From a virus, in the IMG/VR virus record IMGVR_UViG_3300037325_000137, positions 1 to 64,000 of that record: DNA of 64,000 bases; one strand, 5' to 3'. The position numbers and the translations under genes are program-made. Numbering within the stretch: the stretch's first letter is position 1; each line of letters begins with the position of its first letter. Below are positions 18,252 through 30,800 of the stretch, piece by piece. Under the pieces are notes generated by a model. The model saw only the letters and a program-made list of their open reading frames with translations, had not been told where the DNA came from and searched no databases.

Positions 18252-20591
18252 TTAAGCTTCAAAAAACTTGATAGTCATTCCTGTGTTTTGACCTATACCA
18301 ACTACCTTTCTTTGCTTTGCCATATATTGACAACCTAGTAAAGCTAATTGATCTGCTACTGCGAGGTCAAACTTAGTACGTTTGTTTACATCAAAGCGTA
18401 TCCATTCTTTAATACGAGTTTTTGAATATACTTTACAATCTTGATCTAAGTTAACACCTATGTTATCAAATATATAGTTTTTAAGAAGCATTGCTTGGTC
18501 GTTATTACCTTGCTTTGATGAAGGAACACCACCACAATCTTTTTCAAATTGAGATAAGTCTTTCCATTTTTTATCTGGTCTAGTCATAGAATAACCTCTG
18601 TAACCGTTATCATTCATGTAATGAAGTAGTCTAGGTTTGTTATTTTCAATTAACGCAAGCATTCCAAAAAACTCACAAGCCATAATTACGCTATCGTAAA
18701 AATCTTCTACTTTGTCTGGTCGTTCACAGTATTCTAAAAAGAAAGCTCTGCTAGGCGCACCTGCCATATTCGTTTTGGTATGACCGCTTATTGTTCCGTT
18801 AGATCCGTTTTTATTTACGGTAGTTGATATATCATAACTATCTACTCCTAACGCACCGAGATCATTATTATCTGGCATTCTCAACTTACGTCCATGAAAT
18901 TCTCTGATGCTTGATTTATTACTTTGCTCTTGTGTAGGAATCCATGTTGTTTTAAACTTACCTTTTGGATTAGGTCTCCATCTTACTTTAGATTTAAACT
19001 TTTCTCCTTCGTATTCTAAATCTCCTGTATAGACTATTTCTTTTAGGTCATGGTCTAGTATTCCTTCTAAGTGGTCTAAGTGATTGTTTAAATTTTCTAT
19101 GTCAAAGTCATTGTTTTTACCACCTTCATTACGAAACATATGTTGCGTATTTCTTGGGCTATCACGTAAAAAACCGTTTATCGCTTTTTTTTCGCCTATT
19201 TCTTTAAGTTGTTCATATGTTGCATTCCAATAGGTTTCAGCACCCATTTCTAACCATTTACCTTCTTGACTTAGAATAGGCTCTTCTGGATCGTAAACAA
19301 CTGAATAACCCCATTCGTCAAAGAAACCATAAGGCTGCGTCATAGATTGGCAATAGTCTATAAAAAAAGATATAAGACCATTTGCTGTTCTTCCTGTTAA
19401 TTCGTTTCTTTCTTTTGCATTTGCGTTTTTAAACTCTGCTTCAAACTCTTTACCACCACCTTTAAAATATTCTCCTGCTGTACTTCCAAACTTTGCTTTA
19501 CCACCACCTTGCGTATGACATTTAGAGTGCCTAGATATAAATGCTGTTAAAGAACACTCTTCCCATTTACCTATTTCGTCATTAATAGAAAAAGGTTTTA
19601 CTTTAGTACTGTCGTAAGCCGTTTCTTTTGTTGGGTAAGGTGTAATGCTTCCGCTTTCTTTTCTGTCGCTCTCGTGTCTTATTTCAAGAGTAGACTTAGC
19701 TTCTACGTTAGGTAATTCAATGAGTGGTTTAAAGTATATGGGGAAATACTCCCATGACTTAACAATTTTACCGCTAAATAACTTTTCTGCTAAATCTTTA
19801 CGTTCTGAAACTATAGGTATTTCTGCGTATTTTACAATAGAAAACATATCAAGAGCTAAACTAGCTGCTTCTACTGACCAACTTGATCTACGACCTTTAC
19901 CTCTTATTTCTCCCCAACATCTACTATCTGCTACGCAAGCTTCCCAATGCCAATAAGCTTCTGTCTGAACCATTCTAAAGTCTGGGTACATATCACTTTC
20001 CGTAAGGTAGTAATGCTGTAAGAACATCCAATTTGATCCAGTTATGTAGTGAGTTTCTTGATCTATCTTTACAAAGATCCCATGTTCTCTACGTTCAAAC
20101 TCGCTATCTACAAATTCTTTATGTTTGTGTAATGAGTTATTTCGTTCTAATATAAACTTATTACGAACCTGTTGACGCTTGCTACCAGCTTTTTCCTTTG
20201 CCATTCTAGCTTTGTACCTAAACCATATATCGTCAAATTCTTTAAGGTTTGTTTCATCACGTTTCCATTTTGCATTTTTACCTTTTTTATTGTTGTTAAC
20301 TACTGTCTTAATATATTGTTTCTTAATAACTTGACTATCTTCATCTAAATCATTAATAGATCCGCTAATTGATAAGCTAGGTAGTGCTATTATTAAATCT
20401 TCTACTTGATATATTTCTCCTATTGTACCGTCTTTACTAATGCATACAAAGTTTATATCAAATTCTGGGTACTCCTTGTATTCCCATGACTTTTCTTTAT
20501 TTTTCTTATCGTATATTTTCTTAGGCACATAATCGTAAGGATTTAATTTTGTACTTATTCTGCCACGATAATTTTTAGAAACCTCTATCAT
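18252..20591 (-). CDS. terL: Terminase large subunit
   Basis: Walker A-like KGRRSSWS, Walker B INDEIGKW, GST coupling motif, RNase H-fold GVDSYD, ENNKP, DLAVAD. Confidence 0.9.
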   Translation of the reverse strand: MIEVSKNYRGRISTKLNPYDYVPKKIYDKKNKEKSWEYKEYPEFDINFVCISKDGTIGEIYQVEDLIIALPSLSISGSINDLDEDSQVIKKQYIKTVVNNNKKGKNAKWKRDETNLKEFDDIWFRYKARMAKEKAGSKRQQVRNKFILERNNSLHKHKEFVDSEFERREHGIFVKIDQETHYITGSNWMFLQHYYLTESDMYPDFRMVQTEAYWHWEACVADSRCWGEIRGKGRRSSWSVEAASLALDMFSIVKYAEIPIVSERKDLAEKLFSGKIVKSWEYFPIYFKPLIELPNVEAKSTLEIRHESDRKESGSITPYPTKETAYDSTKVKPFSINDEIGKWEECSLTAFISRHSKCHTQGGGKAKFGSTAGEYFKGGGKEFEAEFKNANAKERNELTGRTANGLISFFIDYCQSMTQPYGFFDEWGYSVVYDPEEPILSQEGKWLEMGAETYWNATYEQLKEIGEKKAINGFLRDSPRNTQHMFRNEGGKNNDFDIENLNNHLDHLEGILDHDLKEIVYTGDLEYEGEKFKSKVRWRPNPKGKFKTTWIPTQEQSNKSSIREFHGRKLRMPDNNDLGALGVDSYDISTTVNKNGSNGTISGHTKTNMAGAPSRAFFLEYCERPDKVEDFYDSVIMACEFFGMLALIENNKPRLLHYMNDNGYRGYSMTRPDKKWKDLSQFEKDCGGVPSSKQGNNDQAMLLKNYIFDNIGVNLDQDCKVYSKTRIKEWIRFDVNKRTKFDLAVADQLALLGCQYMAKQRKVVGIGQNTGMTIKFFEA

Positions 20592-20872
20592 TATCTTGTT
20601 CTTTGAGCTAGGCTGTTATTACTAGAAGTCTCTTCTTTGACTTTAGCATTTGGATTTTTAAGCTTTTCTAGCTCTTGCTCTTTTTCTTTAAGCTGAGTTA
20701 AAAGCATGTCAGCAACATCCTGTGCTTTCCCTTTACCATCAGCTACCGCTTTCCATTTGTCTTCATTTATATTTTCAAGGTCAATAGATTCTTTTAAAAT
20801 ATCCATCATTTGAGTGTGGGCTATACCTATGGCTTCAATGTTTTCTGTTAATCTATCTTGATATGTTTTCAT
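20591..20872 (-). CDS. Putative terminase small subunit
   Basis: Small helical protein directly upstream of TerL. Confidence 0.5.
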   Translation of the reverse strand: MKTYQDRLTENIEAIGIAHTQMMDILKESIDLENINEDKWKAVADGKGKAQDVADMLLTQLKEKEQELEKLKNPNAKVKEETSSNNSLAQRTR

Positions 20873-21606
20873 ATTAAATTTGCTTTTAACGCTTCTTCTT
20901 TTGTTTTATACTGCCCACAATACTTATATTTATTATCAACTAATATCCTAGAAACGTACATAATTCTTCTTTTACAAAAATAAACGCTTTTATATTGTTT
21001 AATTCTTATTTTTTTATTAGGTCTATATGTTTTAATATCCGTTCCTTGTTTTATGCTTTCTAAGGCGTTTTGATAATATAAATGAGCTTCAATTTCAGAT
21101 TTAAAATAACCTAATAATATTCTATTTTTTTTAAATAGAATTCTTGAAATCCATTTTTTACAACGTTTATTATAAGTTACTCCAACATATTTGCTTTTAG
21201 AGTATAAATGTTTTCTATCTGAATTTTTTCTTATTGTAACTATTTCTAAATTTTCAAGTCTATTATCTGACCTATCAAAATTAATATGGTTAACAACAAG
21301 CTTTGTTTCCTTTGGTTTATGATTTAAAAAAGCTATAGCAACTAATTGATGAACTTTTAAATATTTTGCTTTATTATTTATTTTCGGATTGACTAATAGG
21401 TAGCCTTTACAGTAGGATTGTTTAAGTATTCTTGTTTTAACAAGCCTATTAGATTTGTTTTTTGAATTAACATACCTTGACAATGACTTAACCCTACCTA
21501 AGTTACTTATTTGGTATCTGTTCTCATAATTAGGAATATCTATCCATTGTTCGTTTTTTAAGTCTTGTAAAGAAGTGTTTTTATGTAAGTTTGCATTGTT
21601 TTTCAT
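20869..21606 (-). CDS. NUMOD4/HNH homing endonuclease with AP2-like DNA-binding repeats
   Basis: EQWIDIPNYENRYQISNLGRVKS (NUMOD4); VHQLVA..F, VNHINFDRSDNRLENLE (HNH); YVGV...W.SRI. Confidence 0.9.
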   Translation of the reverse strand: MKNNANLHKNTSLQDLKNEQWIDIPNYENRYQISNLGRVKSLSRYVNSKNKSNRLVKTRILKQSYCKGYLLVNPKINNKAKYLKVHQLVAIAFLNHKPKETKLVVNHINFDRSDNRLENLEIVTIRKNSDRKHLYSKSKYVGVTYNKRCKKWISRILFKKNRILLGYFKSEIEAHLYYQNALESIKQGTDIKTYRPNKKIRIKQYKSVYFCKRRIMYVSRILVDNKYKYCGQYKTKEEALKANLI

Positions 21607-21667
21607 ATAAGTTAGATTTATGTGATTAATGTTTAATACCGATAGTTGTAGCTATCGGTATTTTTAT

Positions 21668-21847
21668 TTACAAATATAGTAATTTTAATACTTGACCGTC
21701 TTTTAAGGAAACAGATGTGTTACCGTCATCGTCTGTTGTTGTGTCCATTTCCTTTTTAAGTATATCAATCATTTTCTCATAACTGCTGTATAAAGCTTCT
21801 ATATGATTTTTTAGTATTTCTATTTGCTTTTGTTTTAAAGTGTCCAT
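21668..21847 (-). pseudogene. 59-aa truncated paralogue of the TerS-like gene
   Basis: LKNHIEALYSSYEKMIDILKKEMD aligns with LTENIEAIGIAHTQMMDILKESID of 20591..20872; ends in the HNH promoter. Confidence 0.5.
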
Positions 21848-21856
21848 TCTTTATTT

Positions 21857-24800
21857 TTATTTAGGTAGCGAAGGTAGTTTATTCATTGACGTACTAGGTA
21901 GTGGGGGTAGGTTATTACTACTTGACTTTCTAGGGTTCTCTTTGTAAAAGTCATCTTTGTAGTCTTGATCTAAATTACGCTCTATTATTTTCTGTAATGT
22001 AACTCCTGTTCTTTCTTCTCTAACCTTATCTACTCCAAAAAAAGATGCTCCTGCGTATATTCTAGCCCTTTCCGAAGCTGTAAATCCACCTCTATTTTCG
22101 TCATGCAACTCTTCATTAAATAAAGCTATTGTCATTGCGTGTTTTGGTAAACCTAGACCCATTCCAGTCATTTGTGTAATTAATAGTTTGGTGTATTTTT
22201 CTTTAGTTTCTGGGGTTTTAGAGTTTTGTCTTCTTTCAAAGTAGCTTTCTAACTTTTCTATTTCTTGTAAGGCAAAAACATTTCCTATTCCTCCAAAAGT
22301 AAATTCTTTTCTTAAAATTTCTTTGTCTAAATAATACTTAAAAGCATTTCCGAGTATAGGGTCGTCTAGTAATTGACCAGTCAATAACACCCTTGCTATA
22401 TCTTTTTGCTCTTCTGACATTTTATCTAATTCATCATCATCACCAGACATTAAATATCCTAATGTTTGAACAGCTCCATAAATAGCTGCTGGTGCTGCTG
22501 CTACACCGCTAATTTTAACTACGCCCCATAATGCATAGAATAACGGTTGACTAAATCCGTAATTGACAAAACCTCTTATGTTTTTACCAACTGTGTTTGA
22601 TGGCTCTAGGTGTTTGAAATCATTAACGTCATAGCCTAGTTTATCATATATAACACCTATGTTTTCATTATTAGAAGCCATTTTATTTATATGCCTTTTT
22701 AAATCTTTATATCTTAAACTACTTTCTCGCATGTCTAATATTATTGTCGATCCAAAACTTACTAATAGCCTTGCAAAAGCATCTCTTTGAACAACTGTTT
22801 TAGAGCCTTTTGTTTGACCTTGTTGAGTATTGTTAGCTATGTTTTCAAAAACTAACATAGACTCGTCTAAAACTTGTTGCTCTGTAAAGTTTGGGTTTTC
22901 TTTTCTAATTCTTGCTTTTGCAGCTGTATAAACAGGTACAACTCCCATTATCCCCATAGCGTCACCTGCTTTTATCGCATACATTCCTGTATCTAAAGCT
23001 TGATCATAAACTTCGGTTAATATATCTGTTACCATTTTAGACCTATCTCCCAAAAATTGAAAATCTTTTAATTGTCTATTTGTGTCTACCGAAGCTAAAA
23101 CCTTGACCATTTGTTCTGCACTATATCTTATTTTAAGAAATTCTGAATTTTTAAATAAATAAGCTGCTTCTGAAATGATGTTTTTATGTGCATCTAACCA
23201 TTCTTTAGCTGTTAAGTTGTTAGGTAAAGAGCTTTGTCCGTTTAGTGCTGACATCATTTGAATAGGAAGGTTAAATAATTTAGCTCCTAACGTGTATTTT
23301 GCGAAGCTACCTGTTATCGTATTAACAACTCTTTCTGCTGCTGATCTTTTACCGTCTTCGTATATCTCTGTTTTTTGAAACTTTTTAAGGTAATCTATCA
23401 TCATACCACCTTCAAGCCCAATATTTAATAAAGCTAGTTTTTCAAAAGTTTCATCTTTAACTATGTTGTTAAATTCTTTCTCTACTTCTGCGTAAGCTAT
23501 AAACCTAGACATTTCATTTATGTATTGATTTGTACTCATATCTACGGGTTGTACTATTATGGCGTGGTCGTGTTCTTTTTTAGCTTTTGAGCTTCCAGAA
23601 TGAACAGATCCATTTGAAACAATTCCGCTAAATAAATCTTGTGAAAAATCTTTTGCTGAATTAGGCTTGTCTACATTTAATTTACCAGAATAAAATTCAT
23701 CAAAAGGCATGTCTCTATAAAATATTTTTTTATAAACCTCGTTAACTTGATCGTACTTGCTTTGATAAAACTCCATTATTTTGTTTCCGTAGTCCTTTAC
23801 TTCATCTGATAGTTTGTCATTAATTTCATTTATTGCTTTTTCATCAAAACCTTGTTTAGCCAACCTAATTAAGTTTTTAGGATCTTTAGCTTTTAAAATA
23901 ACATCTAGTAAAGTGCTTACTGAAAACTTTGTTACGTCTACAGTTCCGTCTGGGTATGTTCTGTTTATGTTTTCTTGTGCTGATAAAGCCCAATCTGCTT
24001 TTGCTCTTTTAAATTTAGACCTAGATATAAATCCTAAAGACTTTTTAATTACATTAATATCTGAATCTGCAAATGATCCAAAAGCTAATTCTTTAATTTC
24101 GGTTATCTCTTTATTCCATTCAATTATTATTGAATCTCTAGTATTTTCAGACAAGTCGTATTTTGCTAGAACCTTGTCAAGACCTAGTAATGCACTTCCT
24201 TTATCCCCTGTTCTTTTAAATGCTTCTGATATGCTTCTAAAATTTTGGTAAAAACCTCTTGAATATCCTTTTAAAAACTGAATCGATATTTTAATTGCTG
24301 AACGACTTTTAGAAACATTGTCTTTTATATTAGATAATGGCTTGTCAATTTCTTTAGAGCCTAGTTGTTTTTTAGAGTCTATTGCATCGTAAGCTTCTTG
24401 ACGTTGTTGATCTAATATAGCTTTATCTGCTGCTTTTTTTGATTTTAAAATTGAACGACCTTCTGCTTTTAATTCTAAAATATAATCTAAGGAAGCATTA
24501 ATAAGCTTGTTAGCATATTTGTTGTTTTTGATTAGGGAATCTAAAAAGTCTTTAGCAACTTGAAGGTTTTTTAGGTCTTCTGCTTCCTTTTCTGTCAGTT
24601 CTATTTTAGCTACTAATTCAGTTTCCCCACTTTCTGAATTAGGAATTTCTCTTTCTGTGTAAAGTATGTCATCAATTAGCTCGTCTAATTTATTTACAAT
24701 GTCTTTTGCGTTTTGTTGTTTTTCAGTTCCTCTTTTCCCTTTTTTAGCTAATCCGTTTTTAGAAAACAATTCTTCGTATTTTGATTCAAAATCAAAGTTG

Positions 24801-27800
24801 CCATTTATTAATTTTTCAATCGTATCTATAGACCTTTCTGCTGTAAAGTAATCTATAGACCCTGCGACAATTCTACCAGATTGCTTTTTAGATCTTCCTT
24901 TAGACAGCTCTAAAATAAACTTACCTCTTAATCTTTTATTTTCAACTCCTAAAGCTATGTCTTCTGCTTTGTCAAGTACTTCTTTAAGTTTAGCTTTTTG
25001 CTGTTGCTCTAAACTTCTATTATCTCCTTTTGTTTTTGATTTTTTACCTTCAAATTTGGTTAACTCTATAAGTGAATTAAAGTCACTTAGTTTCATAAAG
25101 CCAAACATTCTATTTTCAAAGCTGTCTTTTATGTAGTCTCTTACTGCTTTTTGTGTGTCTCTAACAGAATTTGTTTTGTCTCTTATTTTTTCATCAGCTA
25201 TACGTTTTTTCTCTTCATTACGAGATTTGGATTCGTTATATTTAGTTTCTAAATCAACTGCTAAAGCGTCAATAGCACTTAAAGCGGAATCTATATTTTC
25301 ATTTGTTGATTGCTCTATAATGCTTTCAATAGATTTTATGTTATTAAAAGTAATGTTTGAAAACCACTTGCCTTTTATAACTTCGTTTAAGTATTTTTGA
25401 ATTATGATTCTTCTGCTTTTTTTATCAGTTTTTTCTCCCTGTTCTATTTTTTTAGCATTTTCTCTAGCTTGCTGTAGTTCTGTTTTATTATTATTGTACT
25501 TAGTATCTAGTTTAGCAATTAAAGCGTCTATCTCCTTAATCGCTTTTAAGCCGTTAATATCTGTTTTAGCGTCTGCTACTATTTTTACAAGTTTTTTGGT
25601 ATCTGCATCATTTGCCTGTAGAGCTTGTGCTTTAGTCAGGTTAGCATCTATATAATCTTGTAATGCTTTCTTAACACCTTTTTCTGTTTTGTTTTTTTCG
25701 TTGGTCTTTTCTATTAGCTTTTGCTTAGTTGATCTTACGGCTTCCTCTTGTTCTATAACCGACTGCATAGTTGTATTGGGAGTTGCTGCGTCTTTTCTTT
25801 TTGCTGCATCACGACTAGCTTTTGTCTCTCTTCCAGTTATGTCTTTACCGCTTAGTATTTCGGCTGCTGCAAGGTCTGTAAACTGTTTTAGGTTAAGGTC
25901 AGCTAATTTGTCAGGTTTAATGTTTGATAGCCTTAAACCTGCTGCTATTCTCTTGAATAAAACTTTAAACCATTCTTTAAACCCACCGCTTTTAGCTTCA
26001 TCTAATATTTTAACTCCTTTTTCTCCTATCGCTATTGCAAGAGCTTCTTCTAGTTTTTGCTCTGGCGTAAGGTTATCATAAGCAGTATTATTTATAACAG
26101 CGTCATGATATTCCGTACCTTCAACTAGTTTAAGTCCTTTATCGTAAACGGCTTTATGATTTGCTTTCATGTAAGTATTCCACAAGTGACCAAACTCATG
26201 AACAAGTGTGGAAGAGTTTACTTTGTCGGAGTTTATATAAACTTTTCCTTGATAAACAAAACCATTAGGCGTTCTTACAAAGTCAGCTTGTGCTTGTACG
26301 TTTTCGTAGCCTATTTCTTTTAAAAACTCTACTATCTGCTCGTCTGTAAGAATAACTACATCATCAGCAAGGTTAGTCGGTATAAGTGTTCGTATTTGAT
26401 CTGCCACTTCTTGACTATCAATAACCTCTTGTGGTATTTCATTTTGACCATCTACTTGAAATGGTAGTTCGTCCATTTCCTCACCTACTTCCTGATCTAC
26501 TTGATCTAATTCTTGATTCGCCACGTTTGCTACTGCGTCTATATTAGAGTCAGTAGATTCAAGACCTGTTAGTTCTGTAAACTTATCTTTAAGACTAGAG
26601 ACTTCTGAACTTTCTGATTTTCTTTCTGATTTAGCTTGATTTATATAATCTGTTCCAGAAGTATATTCGTTTACAAAGCCTCTAACATCATCTTCACTAA
26701 CAACATTGTCGCTACCTTGAAATCCTGTTGACTGAACATCAATTGCATCTGTTTCTTGTTGAGTGTTTTCGTCTAATTTACGTTGTGCTGCTTCTATAAT
26801 AGCACCTAAAGTTGATGCTTTTTTGTTACCTCCTTTAAATCCTTGTGATAGATCTACTATTTCATATCCTTTAGTACCGTCTCGTTTATCTACTTTTTTA
26901 AATCTAAGCTCTTTAAAGGTTTCGGCAATAGAGTTTTTCTTAGCTTCATTACTTACTTCGTCTGTATTGACTTGACCGCTTTGCTCTGCTTCTTGTTGGA
27001 TTCTTATTTGACTAGCTACTTCCGATGGATTAGTGGAATTTACTGCTATTTCTTGTGAGTTTATAGATGGGTTGTCACTAGATTCTTGCGGTGTAAATTC
27101 ATTGTTGTCAAAATTATTATTTTCAACATAAGCGTCTATAGCAGCTTTCTCATTCTGTTTAGATACTTTCTTTTCTTTATTAAATGAATTTGTTACAACT
27201 ACCTTTCCATCTTGTAAGCTAACATCTAAAACATCATTGCCAAACCTTTGTCTAATAATAGGTTTAGGAGCTATGTCTATACTTGTGTTTACTTCAACCT
27301 CTCCTTGACTTGCTGTAGGTTCAGCGGTGGGTTGTACTGCGTTATCTTTCCCTTGCTCTGTGTCTGTGTCAGATGTAGGTCGAACGTCTGCATCAGCAGT
27401 AGTATCTCCTTGCGTTTGTGTTTCATCTACTCTTGTTTCATTTCTTCCTTGTAAACCTCTCTCGCTATCTCTATTTGCTTCGATTTCGGAAGACCTCTGA
27501 ATTTCTTCATCAACTCTTTGTTCAACAATTCTTTTTGCTTTTTCATCTGTGTTTATTTTAGTTTCTAATCCTCCTTCTTTTTGTAATGCAAAGTCTAAAA
27601 GCATACCGTTAGCAAGCTCTACAGCTTCTTCTCCTTTAACACTTATAGTATCACCATTAGAGTGTGTTACAACAACTCTTTTTACATTACCATCTTTATC
27701 TGTCTTTATACTTTTAAGACCTTTTTGCTGTGTTGTTATTGTTCCTTTTTCAAAAGAATCACCATTATATTGAAAAGAACCATCTTGATTAACTTCAAAT

Positions 27801-30800
27801 TTAATTACTGTTGGTGTAATAGGCAGTGATTTTTGCTGTAAAGCATCTTGTACTGTTCCTAAAGAAAACTCTTGTTTGCCATCTGTAAAAACAATTTCGT
27901 TACCATCAAAAAACACATCACCAACAAGTTTTTCTTTGTTTATTGGATTAACATATTCTTGTTGTGATTTCTGTATTCTTTCTAAGAATGTTCCTTTTGC
28001 ATCTTGTGGTACGTTATTCGGTAGAGCAAGACTTCTTTTAACTTTATCTTTAAATATTTCAATAGAATCAGCGTTTTCAACGTCTTCGTTCTCTTCTAAG
28101 TATGCTTTGTAACTTTCTGTATGTTCTTCTGCTATACGATTAACTTCTTCATCACGATCTTTTTTAGGATCAATTTCTCCTTCAAGTCTAGTTACGGCAT
28201 CTTCTTCATTCTCTAACTCGTCAAAGTAAGTTTGATTGGAATCTGACGCTTGTGCTATTGCTGTTTGAGTATCTGTGCTTTCAGACTGTGTTTGCTCAAC
28301 TATATCTGTTCCTTCTGTATTTTCTTGTGTAGGGTTTTTAAAGTCTTCCACTCTTTCACTTAAAACTCTGCTTGCTTCTTCATTGTTTTTTATGTCTATA
28401 GATATAGTTCCGTTTGCTACTCCTTCGACAAAATTATCATCTGCTATTTTTTTATAAAGATCAGAACTGTTTGTGATAATTTCTTCTTGACCATCTATCG
28501 TAATAGTTGTTTTTACCTCTGCGGATTCTATTAACTTAGCTTTTTCAGCTTCTAAAGAAGCAAGCCTTTGTTCTAAGAAAACTGTTTCTGATACACTATC
28601 AAGAGTAAGTTCTGTTTTACTTAAAGGATTTGTAGCAGCAGATTTAATATTGGTAATTGTCAACTCTATAGCACTTGCTTGCTCACTTATTTCAACTACT
28701 CTTTTCTTATCTTGAACAGTTAAGTTATCGTAAGCTTCAAAAGTTCTTTTTATCAACTTACCATTCTCTGTGTTTATTTCTCTTATTCTACTTTGATAGG
28801 ACTGAATTATAGTTGTTTTATCTTCTTCGCTTGTTGATTCGCTTTCTGAAACCTCTTCTATTTTTCTTAGCAAAGTATTTGTTTCCTTTACGTTTTTTAC
28901 TATTGTTTTTCTAGAGTTTCTATCTCCTACTATATTACCTACAATTCCTGTTAAAGATGCAGTTCCAGACATCGCTCCACCAGCAGACATCCCTCCTATT
29001 GTTGCTTCCCATGTATTATCAAGAACGCTCTTTTTAGATCCGTCTTCGTTAAAGTTTTCTCCAAAAACATATTTATCAGTAAGGTTTGTAAAAAGTGTAA
29101 TACCTAATTCTTCACCTCCCTCACCAATAGTTCCTTTTCCAAATTCAATACCGCTATTTAAAGTTTTTTTTCTAAAGCTTTCAACCATTGCTGTTTGAAG
29201 TTTTGGCTTACCTATAGATAGTGTCGTTCTTTTTAAGGCTTTTAAGTTTCTTATTTTACCAAATTGAGCTAAAAAAAGTTCTACTCCTGCTGACGCATAA
29301 GAAACAGCCATTATTTCTGTTTCGCTAGGCTCTTGTATAGACTCTAATTGAGATTTACGTTTGTTTAATGCTGGTCTGTTTTGGATTGGTAAATTTTCTT
29401 TTAAAAGATCTTTATTTATTTGGTTTAAATCTTTTTGGTTATCAATCGTTCTTTGTCTAGTAGCTAATTCGGCACTAGCTTGTTGTGAAGCGAAAAAAGA
29501 AGCTTGACCTACGTAAGGTATCGATAATTGAACTAATGTTGGTGTTGTATCTAGAAGAGTATTTTTTACAAATTCCCCAAAATCAGCTATGCCATCTACT
29601 TGGTCTAAGGATATTTTTTCTGTTAATACGTTTTTTCTGTATTCATTAATAGTAGCTACTCTTGATAAAGCTTCTTCTCTTATTCTTATAGTGTTAGCAT
29701 CACCAGTCTCCATTTTACCAGTCTCTTCATTAAAAACAGGTATGTTAACGTTAAATAATTTTTCACCAGAATACAATAGTCCAGATCCTATTTCTGCAAA
29801 ACCAGTGCTTAAAGTTGCTTTTGTTTGAGTAGCAAAATCATAAGTTTTTTTAAGTAGTTCTTTTTCTTCTTCAAATGTCCCTAAAGAGTTTTCACTCTCC
29901 ATAGATTCATCTAAAACAGTTTGAGATTGTGCTGCTAATTCTTGACGCTGCACGACTAAACTTTCTAATTCTATTTTTTTATTTTCAAAGTCTTCTTTAA
30001 AAAGCTGTTGATCCTCTATCGTAAGATCAGGGTTATCCTTTATCGATTTGTTTATTTCGTCAAGACCGTTTGACAAAGACTCAATATTAAGGTCTATATC
30101 TGCAAATTCTTTGTTGGCTTTCGATATTGTTTTGTTTGCCTTGAATATTATGTTTTGATTTACTTGCTCTTCAATAGCAACTAACTCTAATACTTTTTTT
30201 CTTTTTTCTGGATCTAGGTCATTTAAAAACTCTGTCTTCTTTCTTTTGGTAAAAGCTGTTTCAGCACTACCACTATCTAGTTCTTGTTGTCTTTGTCTAT
30301 TTAGCTCTTTAATTTCTTTTAATCTCTCTTTTTCAAAGTTTTTGTCACTTCCGAAAATTTTTGAGAAAGAAAAGTTTTTTAAGTCATTTTCTACACTTCC
30401 TAAAAAGCCTAGTTTTTCTCTTCTATTATCTAAGGTAATTTCGCTTTTAGATTCGGTTATAGTAGACCTTTCTTCGTCACTAATATTCCTTAAATTAATA
30501 AACTCTTGATAAGAGTTCTTAGTTTCTTGATCAGTTTTAGATATTACTTCATTATATTTTTTAGCAACTAAACTTTCAGAAAAATCAGCGTCAAACTCTA
30601 TAGGTCGAAAATCTAAAGGTTGACTTTTAGGTATTGCTGTTTGTGACACCGAAGACAAAGACTCCACCTCGTTTGATATATCCGATACGCCACTTTCCAC
30701 ACTTGAAGTAACAGTCGTAGTTTCTTTTTTTTTTACTTCATCAACTTTTACAGGCTCTTGTGTTGGCTGTTCTACAAGTTCTTGATTTAAGTCACCAAAG

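Noticed and set aside
20869-21680. Group I intron around the HNH gene
   Set aside because: Only about 60 nt of non-coding flank and an overlap with the next gene; no room for an intron core
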